Of a stretch of 39,750 nucleotides of DNA, positions 8,797-17,561 are shown piece by piece; the stretch's first letter is position 1; the number at the start of each line of letters is the position of its first letter. The stretch is from Desulfobacteraceae bacterium UBA5852 (lineage in GTDB: Bacteria; Desulfobacterota; Desulfobacteria; Desulfobacterales; UBA5852): NCBI GenBank assembly GCA_002432195.1, contig DJGG01000040.1, positions 19,392-59,141 on the forward strand, in the 5' to 3' direction. The notes below the pieces were generated by a model. The model was not told the DNA's origin, ran no database searches, and was given only the letters and a program-made list of their open reading frames with translations. Both the position numbers and the translations under genes were made by a program.

Positions 8797-9393
8797 ATGG
8801 GAATCGACAGCTCCGACGGCCGCGAGGCCAGCCGCGAGGAATTGATATTGGCCCTCCAGGAGGCCCACCAGCAGGTGCTGGGGCTTCAGGCCAAGCTGGC
8901 GGAAATGGAGTGGATCGGGGAAGCCCTGCGACGGCGTACCGTGGACCTGGGGGAGCGCGTCAAGGAACTGGGCTGCCTCTACGCCATCTCCGACTGCCTG
9001 CGGGACCTGGAGGCCGAACTGCCGGAGATCCTCCAACGCATCGTCAACCTGATCCCCATCGGCTACCAGCACCCCGAGCGGACCTGGGCCAGGCTCAGCG
9101 TGGGCGGCAACATCTACTGCACGCCGGGTTTCCGGGAGACCGCCTTTCGCCAGGATCAGAGCATCCAGGCCGGCAAGCGCGGCCTGGGAACGGTCCAGGT
9201 CCATGTCCAGCCCGGCCGAGGGCCGAACGCCGCGCCCGCCTTCCTGGATCAGGAGGCCGATCTCCTGGCCGCTGTGGCGGTGTGGATCGGGGAAATCGTG
9301 GAGCAGCGCCAGTCCCGCACCCAGCGGCGGCTGGGGCTGGAGACGTCCTTTCTCAAAGCCTGGCGGCGCTTCGGCCGCAAGGGGCCGCGCTGA
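8797..9393 (+). CDS. Hypothetical protein: coiled coil plus a stand-alone sensor-like domain
   Basis: In frame with ORF 8224..9393, whose 5' part overlaps the OYE gene out of frame. ATG at 8797. The motif RVKELGCLYAISDCL resembles the N-terminal module of many sensor kinases, but no output domain is present. Confidence 0.55.
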   Translation: MGIDSSDGREASREELILALQEAHQQVLGLQAKLAEMEWIGEALRRRTVDLGERVKELGCLYAISDCLRDLEAELPEILQRIVNLIPIGYQHPERTWARLSVGGNIYCTPGFRETAFRQDQSIQAGKRGLGTVQVHVQPGRGPNAAPAFLDQEADLLAAVAVWIGEIVEQRQSRTQRRLGLETSFLKAWRRFGRKGPR

Positions 9394-9494
9394 GGCGCCG
9401 GCCGGATTGAGATTCGGATTCAAGGCGGTCCCGCGGCCAGCTGCCATGTTGCCCGACCGTCAACCCTGGAACCATTTCCCGAAAGGTTGTCGAC

Positions 9495-10589
9495 ATGCGC
9501 AGGCCGCTGGAGGCCGTCACGGTCTTGGGCTTGGGGAAGGTGGGCTGCCTGGTGGCCGGGCTGCTCCAGAAGACCGGCTTGCGCGTCCGCGGGGCCGACG
9601 CGTGCCCGCCGGAGGGTCTGACCTTTCCGGCCGAGGCCCTGGATGTCTCCCGGCCGGGGGCCCTGGCCGCCCGGCTCGAGGGCCAGGATGCCGTGGTCTC
9701 CTGCCTGCCGTACCACTTCAACGCCGAGGTGGCCGCCGTCGCCCACCGGGTCGGGGTCCACTACTTCGACTTGACCGAGGACGTGGCCACCACCCGGGCC
9801 ATCCGGGAGATGAGCCGCACGGCCGCCTCCGTGATGGCTCCCCAGTGCGGCCTGGCGCCGGGCTTCATCGCCATCGTGGGGGCCTCCCTGGCGGAAGGCT
9901 TCGACAGGATCCGCAGCATCAAGCTGCGGGTGGGCGCCCTCCCCCAGCACCCCACGGGGCTTCTGGGTTACGCCTTCAACTGGTCGCCGGAGGGGGTGGT
10001 GAACGAGTACCTCAACGACTGCGAGGTCATCGAAAACGGGCAGCACAAATGGGTCTCGCCCATGGAGTGGATCGAGAAGATCGTCATCAAGGGGGTGCAG
10101 CTGGAGGCCTTCACCACCTCCGGGGGCCTGGGCACCATGTGCGAAACCTATCTTGGCCGCGTGGAGAACCTGGACTACAAGAGCATCCGCTACCCGGGCC
10201 ACGTGGACCTGATGAACTTCTTCTTCCACGAGCTGCTGATGCGGGAAGACCGGAAGAAGGCCGGCGAAATCCTGGTGCACGCCAAACCGCCGGTGAACGA
10301 GGACGTGGTCTATGTCCACGCCTCGGTGGAGGGCTGGAAGGGGAAGGTCCTCTCCCGGGACGAGTTCGTCAAGGCCTATTTCCCCCTCGACCTGGACGGG
10401 CGCCAGTGGCGGGCCATCGCCTGGACCACGGCCGCTTCGGTTTGTGCCGTGCTGGAACTGGTGAGCGCCGGGAAGCTGCCCGACCGGGGATTCATCAAAC
10501 AGGAAGCCATCCCCCTGGCCGATTTCCTGGAGACCGCCAACGGCCGCCTTTACCGGGGGGAGCCCCACGGGGGGAGTATCCCGCGCTGA
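9495..10589 (+). CDS. Saccharopine dehydrogenase family NAD(P)-binding protein
   Basis: 364 aa. Rossmann start VTVLGLGKVGCLVAG, then ..APQCGLAPGF.., NWSPEGVVNEY and TSGGLGT blocks typical of the family. Confidence 0.8.
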   Translation: MRRPLEAVTVLGLGKVGCLVAGLLQKTGLRVRGADACPPEGLTFPAEALDVSRPGALAARLEGQDAVVSCLPYHFNAEVAAVAHRVGVHYFDLTEDVATTRAIREMSRTAASVMAPQCGLAPGFIAIVGASLAEGFDRIRSIKLRVGALPQHPTGLLGYAFNWSPEGVVNEYLNDCEVIENGQHKWVSPMEWIEKIVIKGVQLEAFTTSGGLGTMCETYLGRVENLDYKSIRYPGHVDLMNFFFHELLMREDRKKAGEILVHAKPPVNEDVVYVHASVEGWKGKVLSRDEFVKAYFPLDLDGRQWRAIAWTTAASVCAVLELVSAGKLPDRGFIKQEAIPLADFLETANGRLYRGEPHGGSIPR

Positions 10590-10608
10590 CCGGCGGATAG
10601 GCGGCGCC

Positions 10609-11358
10609 TCAGGCCCATAAGGCACGCAGCAGCCCGGCGGCCGCGAGCACCATCAGCAGAATCAGCACCCCGCGCCGGAAGGCGGCCGGGCCGAGGTGGG
10701 CGAACAGGCGGCTGCCGGTCGCGATCCCCAGGACCAGCGGGATCACCGCCAGGACGGTGAGCCGGAAGGTGGCGGCGGTCAATAGGTGCTGGGTGGCGGC
10801 CGTGGCCAGGCTCAGGATGTCCAGCCACAGGAAGAAAACGATCATGGAGGCCCGGGAAACCGTAACCCCGGCCGGCGAGGAGAGGTAGAACAGGATCACC
10901 GGCGGACCTCCGATGGCCGCCGCGTCGTTCAGCAGGCCGCTGGCCGCCCCCACGGCCACCGTGAACGGCGCCCCGGGCATGCGATTCCAGCCCCACCCGC
11001 GCATGAGCAACACCGCCGCCGCCAGGACCATCAGGGAGATGGACACGCGCATGGGGGTGGGGGGCAGCGCGGCCAGTACGAAGACGCCCGCGGGGGTGGC
11101 CAGGAGGGAGCCGGCCAGCAGCCAGCGCAGGGAGCGCCAGTCGATGTGCCGCCGGATGGCGGGGATCAACTGGAGGCTCGCCAACGCATCCAGGATCAGC
11201 ACCGCCGGCACCACCAGGACAGGGGGCAACACCAGGGACATGCCGGTCACCGCCGCCATGGCGAAGCCGAAGCCGCTGAACCCCCGTATCACCCCCGCCG
11301 CGAAAATCGTGGCCACCGTCACCAGCAGCGCAATAAGGTCGAGACCCATCAGATTCAT
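10609..11358 (-). CDS. TauE/SafE (DUF81) family sulfite/anion exporter
   Basis: ORF 10609..11538 trimmed to ATG 11358 (MNLMGLDLIALLVTVATIFAAGVIRGFSGFGFAM..). Polytopic hydrophobic protein with the G.GFG signature. Confidence 0.8.
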   Translation of the reverse strand: MNLMGLDLIALLVTVATIFAAGVIRGFSGFGFAMAAVTGMSLVLPPVLVVPAVLILDALASLQLIPAIRRHIDWRSLRWLLAGSLLATPAGVFVLAALPPTPMRVSISLMVLAAAVLLMRGWGWNRMPGAPFTVAVGAASGLLNDAAAIGGPPVILFYLSSPAGVTVSRASMIVFFLWLDILSLATAATQHLLTAATFRLTVLAVIPLVLGIATGSRLFAHLGPAAFRRGVLILLMVLAAAGLLRALWA

Positions 11359-11553
11359 GAAGTGTCCACAGCCCCGGGGGGGGGCGGGGGGTTGTGCCGG
11401 TGGGGGAATCCCTATTTCCGGCAAGGCGAACGCCGGTATAGCGGGGATGCGCCCAAATGGCAAGCCGTCTCCTCTGCTTCCCATCGCGGGACATGGGTCT
11501 CCGCATCCCACCGCGCCCTGACTTGCAGCCGGATGCATGCATTTCCCCGGCGG

Positions 11554-12123
11554 TTACCGGGCCGTTTTCTTGAGGGCCTTGCCGGCGCTCCAGCAATGGC
11601 CCACCGCTTTCCCCAGAGACCAGTAGCGCTTGCCGGCCATGTCGAAGAGCAGGGGCCGCAGCCTGGCCATGTCGATCTTGCCCTCCGTGAGCACCCCCTC
11701 GTCCGCATAGGTCTGGACCAGCTCCCCGATGAAGATCTCGTGAGCGCCGAGCTTCAGCACCTGGTGGAGCTTCAGCTCCATGTTCACCGGGCACTGGCGG
11801 ATCATGGGGGCGGTTTCCAGCTCCCCGTGGAAGACCTCGAAGAGGGCCGCCTTGTCGGTGTTTTTCCCCGTCATGATGCCGCAGAAATCGGTTTCCACCA
11901 GGAGGTCCTCGGCGGGCAGGCAGATGCTGAAGGTGCGCTGGGCGTGGATTCCGGCGTTGGTGTAGTGGCTCGCGTGCAGCCCGATGGAAAGGTATTGGGG
12001 GCTGCCGTGGTTCAGAATGCCCACGTGGGCCACCGCCAGGAAGTTGGCCTTGCCGTTGACCGTGGCGCCCACCAGGGTGGTGGGCATGGGATAGAGGGCG
12101 TTGACGGGTCCGATGGGCTTCAT
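11554..12123 (-). CDS. Flavin reductase-like FMN-binding protein (flavoredoxin type)
   Basis: ORF 11554..12255 trimmed to ATG 12123, preceded by AAGGAG. MKPIGPVNALYPMPTTLVGATVNGKANFLAVAH.. is typical of the flavin_reduct family. Confidence 0.8.
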   Translation of the reverse strand: MKPIGPVNALYPMPTTLVGATVNGKANFLAVAHVGILNHGSPQYLSIGLHASHYTNAGIHAQRTFSICLPAEDLLVETDFCGIMTGKNTDKAALFEVFHGELETAPMIRQCPVNMELKLHQVLKLGAHEIFIGELVQTYADEGVLTEGKIDMARLRPLLFDMAGKRYWSLGKAVGHCWSAGKALKKTAR

Positions 12124-12426
12124 GGGCGGGGTGCTCCTTTCTCCGGGAAACAGACGGAAATGCAGAAGGGAATCGGGTCCCGGTCGCCTCTCGGCGCGGC
12201 GCCGGGGCTGGCCCATGCCCGGATTTTCAGGCAAGCGGCACAGAAAAGCATGCACCGCCGGGGCGGCCAGGGTCTAACTCCTCGATTCCAGGGGCTTGCC
12301 CGGCTGGCACGATCGTTGCCGGGATACCGGCGCATGTCGGCGCGGCACGGGGGCCATCCGGTGATGAATACACGGGCACCGGGGTGGATGGCAAGGCACG
12401 CCGCACCATTTACGGGAGGTGATTCC

Positions 12427-13257
12427 GTGATCCCAAGAGCGCTCCTGATCCTGGCATTGTTTGCCCTGGCGAGCCCGCCCGCCCAGGCCTTGGATATCAT
12501 GCAGCCCCTGGTCTATGAAAAGAGCATCGCTATCGCCGGCTGGCTCATGAGCGAAAAGCTCGACGGCGTGCGCGGCTATTGGGACGGCCGGCGGTTGCTG
12601 TCGAAAAACGGCAAGCCCTTCCAGCCCCCGGATGATTTCACCCGGAATTTTCCGGATTTTCCGTTAGAAGGGGAAATCTGGGGCGGCCGGAGAACCTTCG
12701 AAAAAACCGCCGGCATTGTCAAAAGGCAGGAGGCCCACGAGGGCTGGCGGGAATTGCGCTTCGCGGTCTTCGACGCCCCCACGGCACCCGGCGGGGTCGA
12801 GGCGCGCCTGGGCCAGGCCGTCGCCTGGTTCGCCGGCCACCCCTCGGCCCACGCCTATGTCATCGAGCAGCGCCCCGTGAGCGATCACCGGCATTTGCGC
12901 AGGGAATTGAAGCGCATCGAAGCCCTGGGGGGTGAAGGGATCATTCTCAGGAGGCCGGGTTCCCCCTACACCCGAGGCCGGAGCCGGGACATCCTCAAGG
13001 TCAAGCCCTATGCCGACATGGAGGCCGTGGTGCGGGCGCACCTGCCGGGCAAGGGGCGCAACCGGGGCCGCCTGGGATCGCTGTTGGTGGAGTTGCCGGG
13101 CAGCCGGACGCGGTTGAAGATCGGCACCGGTTTTTCCGATGCGCTCAGGGAGAATCCCCCTCCGGTGGGTACCCTCATCACCTTCAAATACTACGGTTTC
13201 CACGCCTCGGGCATCCTCCGGTTTCCAAGCTTCCTGCGGGTCCGGGAGGAATTTTGA
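12427..13257 (+). CDS. ATP-dependent DNA ligase, minimal LigE type with N-terminal signal peptide
   Basis: This is the 3' part of the 823-aa track ORF 10786..13257. GTG at 12427 follows GGGAGG. Signal-like VIPRALLILALFALASPPAQA, adenylation motif I SEKLDGVRG, then GEGIILRRP, ILKVKP and an OB-fold tail. The upstream 547 codons are shadow sequence over the TauE and flavin reductase genes. Confidence 0.85.
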   Translation: MIPRALLILALFALASPPAQALDIMQPLVYEKSIAIAGWLMSEKLDGVRGYWDGRRLLSKNGKPFQPPDDFTRNFPDFPLEGEIWGGRRTFEKTAGIVKRQEAHEGWRELRFAVFDAPTAPGGVEARLGQAVAWFAGHPSAHAYVIEQRPVSDHRHLRRELKRIEALGGEGIILRRPGSPYTRGRSRDILKVKPYADMEAVVRAHLPGKGRNRGRLGSLLVELPGSRTRLKIGTGFSDALRENPPPVGTLITFKYYGFHASGILRFPSFLRVREEF

Positions 13258-13304
13258 GGCCGCCGGCGGGGGAAAGCTTGCTTTGATACCCCATCGGCCG
13301 GTAG

Positions 13305-13480
13305 TATCTGCGACAGATTTCTGGCGCGGCGCTGAAGCCTGCTTTCATATTCTTGCACAATGAACCCAGCATCCGGCTGTTCCGATCCCTTGGTTTCCAG
13401 GAATGGGGAAGGCTCCCCGGCGTAGCGGAAATGGATGGAACGGAATTCAGCCTGTCGATCCTGGGGAAACGGGTCAATGC
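13305..13480 (+). pseudogene. 5'-truncated GNAT acetyltransferase remnant (C-terminal motif only)
   Basis: The frame opens at 13305 after a TAG and reads ..FLHNEPSIRLFRSLGFQEWGRLPGVAEMDGTEFSLSILGKRV. This is the N..SI.L..SLGF..G tail of GNAT enzymes. No N-terminal half exists. It runs in frame, without a stop, into the next gene. Confidence 0.55.
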
Positions 13481-13562
13481 CTATCGCGCCGCGGTTGTGG
13501 GTTCGCGCGGGGCGTCGGGCCTGAATCCGGAGCAGGAGCCCATCTCAAGAAAGGCGGGTGTT

Positions 13563-14210
13563 ATGGGCAACGTTGCCGTTGTGATCGGCGCCACCGGTTT
13601 GGTGGGCCGGGCGTTGGTCGACCGACTCGCCGCTGCCGGGCACATCGATGGGGTGATGGCGCTCACCCGCCGCCCCGCCGGGCATCCCAGCCCGAAAGTC
13701 CACAACCACGTCGTCGATTTCGAGCATCTGGAAAACCACGCCGCCTTGTTCCAGGCGGACCTGTTGTTCTCGGCCCTGGGCACCACGCGCAAGCAGGCCG
13801 GTTCCATCGCCGCCCAGCGCACGGTGGACCTCGACTACCAATACAAGGCGGCGCAACTGGCGGCCGGCCATGGCGTGCGCCATTACCTGCTGGTTTCCTC
13901 CAGCGGTGCCGATGCCGGCAGCCGGAATCCATACCTGCGGATGAAGGGCGAACTGGAGCAGCGTGTCCAGGCCTTGCCCTTTGAGCGCATCAGCATCTTC
14001 CAGCCGTCCCTGTTGATGGGTCAAAGAGAGGAGGTTCGCATCGCTGAGAAACTGGGGAGCTGGATATTGCCCGTTTTGTGCGCCCTCCCCGGGTTGCGCC
14101 GCTTCCGCCCCATCGGCGGCGATCAGGTCGCCGCCAAAATGGTTCTGGTGAGTCGTCAACCGGGGCGCGGGCGGGAGTGGTTTCGGCTCGACGAGATATT
14201 TGTCCAATAA
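13563..14210 (+). CDS. NAD(P)H-binding (atypical SDR / HTATIP2-like) oxidoreductase
   Basis: ORF 13353..14210 trimmed to ATG 13563. MGNVAVVIGATGLVGRALVDRL (GxxGxxG), then ..ALGTTRKQAGS.. and YLRMKGELE. Confidence 0.8.
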   Translation: MGNVAVVIGATGLVGRALVDRLAAAGHIDGVMALTRRPAGHPSPKVHNHVVDFEHLENHAALFQADLLFSALGTTRKQAGSIAAQRTVDLDYQYKAAQLAAGHGVRHYLLVSSSGADAGSRNPYLRMKGELEQRVQALPFERISIFQPSLLMGQREEVRIAEKLGSWILPVLCALPGLRRFRPIGGDQVAAKMVLVSRQPGRGREWFRLDEIFVQ

Positions 14211-14297
14211 ATATGCGTCCGGGGAGTACGACCCTTTTTCCCGGGGCACGACACTGGCGAAACGGAAGCCGGACTCAACCCATATAAGGAGGAACAC

Positions 14298-14744
14298 ATG
14301 AAACTGCCGGAGTACATCACGGTTGATGAGGTCAAAAGGGTCTGCACCGAAATGGGCCTGCGGGACTGGTCCCAAATAACGGAGCCAAGCGTTTCGGAGG
14401 CGGAAGCATCCACCATTTGCGACATGGTCAATACCAAGGGGATGGATATTCCCCTCGAGGTTTTCCGGAAAGGTTTGGAAGTCGAGCTCGAGCATGGCAC
14501 GCGATTCGAGGATGCCAATGTAACGAACAATCACCCGATCCTGACCGGCAAGATCGTCATCGCGCACCTCAAGGAGACGATGGACTATTATGAAAGAATC
14601 GATGTGGCGGAAATGGAAGGCGATTTGCTGAAGGCCATCCTGGCGCGGAATATCGGGAAAATCGAATCCAAGTACAAGGAGCTCATCAAGGCCCAGGACT
14701 CGCTGAATCAGGCCGTTGCCCGGCAGTTGAAGAAACTGGCCTGA
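14298..14744 (+). CDS. Hypothetical protein (DUF5661-like EVELEHG / IAHLKE..DYY motifs)
   Basis: 148 aa with AAGGAGG RBS. GC is visibly lower than in the flanks. The family attribution is tentative. Confidence 0.6.
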   Translation: MKLPEYITVDEVKRVCTEMGLRDWSQITEPSVSEAEASTICDMVNTKGMDIPLEVFRKGLEVELEHGTRFEDANVTNNHPILTGKIVIAHLKETMDYYERIDVAEMEGDLLKAILARNIGKIESKYKELIKAQDSLNQAVARQLKKLA

Positions 14745-15080
14745 CAGGCGTAGCGATTCCCGGAGGGATCGAATCCCGCGGCACGCAAGGCAGGGCCTGC
14801 GGCGATGATGACAGGCTGCCGTTTTTTCCTTGAGGAACTCGCGGAAAGGCCGCTTTTAGACGGTTTCGGAAAAAGTTCGCGATCAAGGCATGCAAATCCC
14901 GAAGCCTGAAACGCAGATATCGGGCTTTTTCCGGGACCGTCATCCTTGTGGAAACCCGGCAATTCGCGCATCTTCCGTTTGAAGTCCTTTTCATGAAGTT
15001 CGCTATCGACCGCTGACGGCAGCCTGGCAGCAGACTGCTACCCGGAGTGCCGGGGTACGGAATCGGAGGCATGCCCAGCG

Positions 15081-15890
15081 ATGCAACCAAATAGTCCTGA
15101 AAACCCGGCCCGAATGGTCTATTTCTCCCACGGCGGAGGACCCCTGCCGATTCTCGGGGACGCCAGCCACAAGGCGATGGTTGATTTCATGCGTCGGCTG
15201 CCATCCCAACTGCGGAAGCCGGATGCCATCCTGGTCATCAGCGCCCATTGGGAAGAAAGCGCCGCGACGCTTACCGGTGCGCCCACCCCGGCCATGTTCT
15301 ACGATTACTACGGCTTCCCGGCGGAAGCCTATGACATCACCTACCCGGCACCCGGAAGCCCGGCGCTTGCCGGTCGGATTGCCGGTTTGCTGCAGGAGAA
15401 TGGCATTCCCGCGCGGGTCGATCTTCAGCGCGGCTTTGACCATGGGCTGTTTATCCCGCTGAAGCTCATGTTCCCCCAGGCCGATATTCCCGCGCTGCAA
15501 TTATCCCTTCTGCGCGGCCTCGACCCGGGCGCGCACCTCGCCCTGGGCCAAGCGCTTCGCGGATTGATGCGGGGGAATATCCTGGTCGTGGGGTCCGGGT
15601 TTTCGTTCCACAACATGCGCGCCTTCAACTGGCAAGGCCTCAGGGCGCCGGACCCGGACAACGACGCCTTCCAGGACTGGCTCATCGACACCTGCGTCGG
15701 CCCCATACCCCAATCCGAACGTGAGCAACGCCTGGCTGCCTGGGAAAAGGCGCCTTCCGCACGCTATTGCCACCCCCGCGAGGAGCATTTGCTGCCCCTC
15801 CACGTGTGCCTCGGCATGGCCGGCCGGCCGGCCCGCGTGGTGTTCAATGACCACATTCTGGGCAAGCGCGCCGTGGCCTTCTTGTGGTGA
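15081..15890 (+). CDS. ygiD: 4,5-DOPA dioxygenase extradiol-like (class III extradiol dioxygenase, LigB/YgiD family)
   Basis: 269 aa with FSHGGGP, ISAHWE, YDYYGFP, FDHG.FIPL and HPREEHLLPL motifs. An alternative start is at 15114. Confidence 0.85.
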   Translation: MQPNSPENPARMVYFSHGGGPLPILGDASHKAMVDFMRRLPSQLRKPDAILVISAHWEESAATLTGAPTPAMFYDYYGFPAEAYDITYPAPGSPALAGRIAGLLQENGIPARVDLQRGFDHGLFIPLKLMFPQADIPALQLSLLRGLDPGAHLALGQALRGLMRGNILVVGSGFSFHNMRAFNWQGLRAPDPDNDAFQDWLIDTCVGPIPQSEREQRLAAWEKAPSARYCHPREEHLLPLHVCLGMAGRPARVVFNDHILGKRAVAFLW

Positions 15891-15913
15891 CGAGGGGCCG
15901 GAATGGAGACGCC

Positions 15914-16441
15914 ATGACCTGCGGACCGGTGGATGGATATGCCCTGAGAAACATTGTGGAATCCGATCACCCGCGGGTGATCGCCGTGGTGCCGGACTGG
16001 TGGGGGGGGCGGGATCTGGCCTGGATGCTGCCGCGGCTCTTCTTCATCCATTTCGGCAACACCTCCTTTGTCCTGGAGCGGGGTGACGAATTGGGCGCCT
16101 TCCTGGTGGGCTTTTTGTCCCCCGCGCGGCCCAGCGAGGGTTACATCCATTTCGTGGGGGTCCATCCGGAGCACCGCGGCAGGGGGGTCGGCCGGTTGCT
16201 CTACGACCGGTTCTTCGACATCTGCCGCGCCTACGGCCGCGACACCGTCCGGTCCTGCACCTCGCCGGTGAACAGGGGGTCCGTGGAATTCCATCGGCGG
16301 CTCGGGTTCGACCTCGTTTCCGGGAATGCCGAAATGGACGGCCTCCCGGTGACCCTGGACTACAACCGGCCCGGCGACCCGAAGGTCTTGTTTGTCAGGC
16401 GGATCGGCGTATCGTCCGGAAACGGTCCGGGCCGACCCTGA
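15914..16441 (+). CDS. GNAT family N-acetyltransferase
   Basis: ORF 15884..16441. ATG 15914 is preferred. Acetyl-CoA motif A: VGVHPEHRGRGVGRLLY. Confidence 0.8.
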   Translation: MTCGPVDGYALRNIVESDHPRVIAVVPDWWGGRDLAWMLPRLFFIHFGNTSFVLERGDELGAFLVGFLSPARPSEGYIHFVGVHPEHRGRGVGRLLYDRFFDICRAYGRDTVRSCTSPVNRGSVEFHRRLGFDLVSGNAEMDGLPVTLDYNRPGDPKVLFVRRIGVSSGNGPGRP

Positions 16442-16474
16442 ACAGACCCTTTGTGTCCCCGGACCCGTGACGCC

Positions 16475-16963
16475 ATGTCGACTCCCCAAGCCATCCAGCG
16501 TCTGCTCAAGTCTTCCCGCCGCGAAGACGTTCCCCGGGCTTACAGGGGAACCTGCTCCCTTGTCGACGAGGAAAGCCGGCAGGTCCTGGCCTCCTGCGAT
16601 CTGTCCGGTCAGGCAACGTTTGCCACGGTTTCCATCCTGACCCCGGACCGCCGCACCTGGACGATGAAGCCCAACCGCAAGATCATGCCCTCCCGCTGGA
16701 TCGTCTCCGACCCGGGGAAGTCGATTGCCGTGGAATTCGATCAGAACATCTCGCAGAAACTGATCAATCCCATCTATAAGTGCCTTCTGATCCTGTTTGA
16801 CGGTGAAAGCCGCGAAATCTACCGGGTCGTCGACCCTAAAACCAACCTGCCCGATCGAATTTTCGGGGTTGGTCCGGACGGCTGGCCGGAGCGGCGGCGC
16901 GAGCTGATCCGAGCGGAACTAAGCGAGGGCGTGCCAGAGAACGGACGAACCCAAATAGCATAA
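16475..16963 (+). CDS. Hypothetical protein
   Basis: ORF 16451..16963. ATG 16475 is preferred. No family recognised. Its last ~14 codons lie inside repeat copy A. Confidence 0.5.
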   Translation: MSTPQAIQRLLKSSRREDVPRAYRGTCSLVDEESRQVLASCDLSGQATFATVSILTPDRRTWTMKPNRKIMPSRWIVSDPGKSIAVEFDQNISQKLINPIYKCLLILFDGESREIYRVVDPKTNLPDRIFGVGPDGWPERRRELIRAELSEGVPENGRTQIA

Positions 16964-17072
16964 TACGGTCTTGATAATAAGATAAGTTTGTGTAAGCTGT
17001 TAATAGGCTGCGGGGTGGTTGCGGTAAATCCAACGACTGCAATTAACACGATGTCTGTCAAACTTTAATGTT
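16922..17072 (+). repeat. Copy A of a diverged ~150-bp direct repeat (partner at 26466-26617)
   Basis: Shared runs in the same order in both copies: AGCGAGGG, TGCCAGAGAACGG, CTTGATAATAAG, TAAGTTTGTGTA, GTGGTTGCGG, CAATTAACACGA, TTAATGTT. Contains a promoter-like TTGATA (16971-16976), 16-nt spacer, TAAGCT (16993-16998). Confidence 0.85.
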
Positions 17073-17138
17073 GGGCTCATCTAGTAGCTGGTAATCTATG
17101 ATAATAGGTGCGTGAGAATCTTCTCGGGAGATCAAAAA

Positions 17139-17552
17139 ATGAAGACAAAAAAAGTAAACGTATCTGGCCTTGGTCGTCTCCCTGCCTTTTGCCATGCAGT
17201 GATTGCGGGAGGTTTTATTTATGTTTCTGGTACATTGGGAACAAAATCAGACTCAATGGAGCTTGTAGAGGGTGGAACCGGGGCGGAAACCGCTCAGGCT
17301 ATTCAGAATATTGGCCTCATTCTGAAGGAATGCGGGGCCTCTTTTTCCGATATTGTAAAAGTCGGTGTTTTTCTGGCTGATATAAAAACTTTCCCAGAAA
17401 TGAACGATGCCTACCGTGAAGTGATGGGCAGTGATCCTCCGGCACGTATCACGGTTGGTGGAGCTGAATTAGCACGTGGAGCTGCAGTCGAGATTGATGC
17501 GGTTGCATACAAGCCACACGCGATGTCAGACGGAATTACCGAAATTCAATAA
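17139..17552 (+). CDS. ridA: RidA/YjgF/UK114 family reactive-intermediate deaminase
   Basis: ORF 17112..17552 trimmed to ATG 17139 after GGGAG. Motifs GGFIYVSGTLG.., DIVKVGVFL.D...F..MN..Y and PARITVGGAELARGAAVEIDAVA. Confidence 0.85.
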   Translation: MKTKKVNVSGLGRLPAFCHAVIAGGFIYVSGTLGTKSDSMELVEGGTGAETAQAIQNIGLILKECGASFSDIVKVGVFLADIKTFPEMNDAYREVMGSDPPARITVGGAELARGAAVEIDAVAYKPHAMSDGITEIQ

Positions 17553-17561
17553 GGAAGCATA

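Noticed and set aside
10786-12426. Upstream 547 codons of the 823-aa ORF that ends as the DNA ligase
   Set aside because: This part overlaps the TauE and flavin-reductase genes on the other strand and is low-complexity. The ligase homology, signal peptide and RBS begin at 12427.
14762-14787. tRNA 3'-end-like fragment GGAGGGATCGAATCCCGCGGCACGCA (T-arm-like GGG-ATCGAAT-CCC), considered as a relic att site
   Set aside because: There are no matching acceptor 5' strand, D arm or anticodon arm upstream. The T-loop begins AT instead of TT, there is no CCA, and no second copy occurs in the window. This is too weak to call.
16922-17072. Interpretation of the ~150-bp repeat copies as attC sites or as a conserved RNA hairpin
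   Set aside because: Copy A has AAGTTTG/CAAACTT and TGTTAAT/ATTAACA pairings and ends in GTTGGGC. In copy B, CAAACTT is replaced by TAAAGAT with no compensatory change. The pairing is therefore not conserved, and similarity looks like common ancestry of linear sequence.
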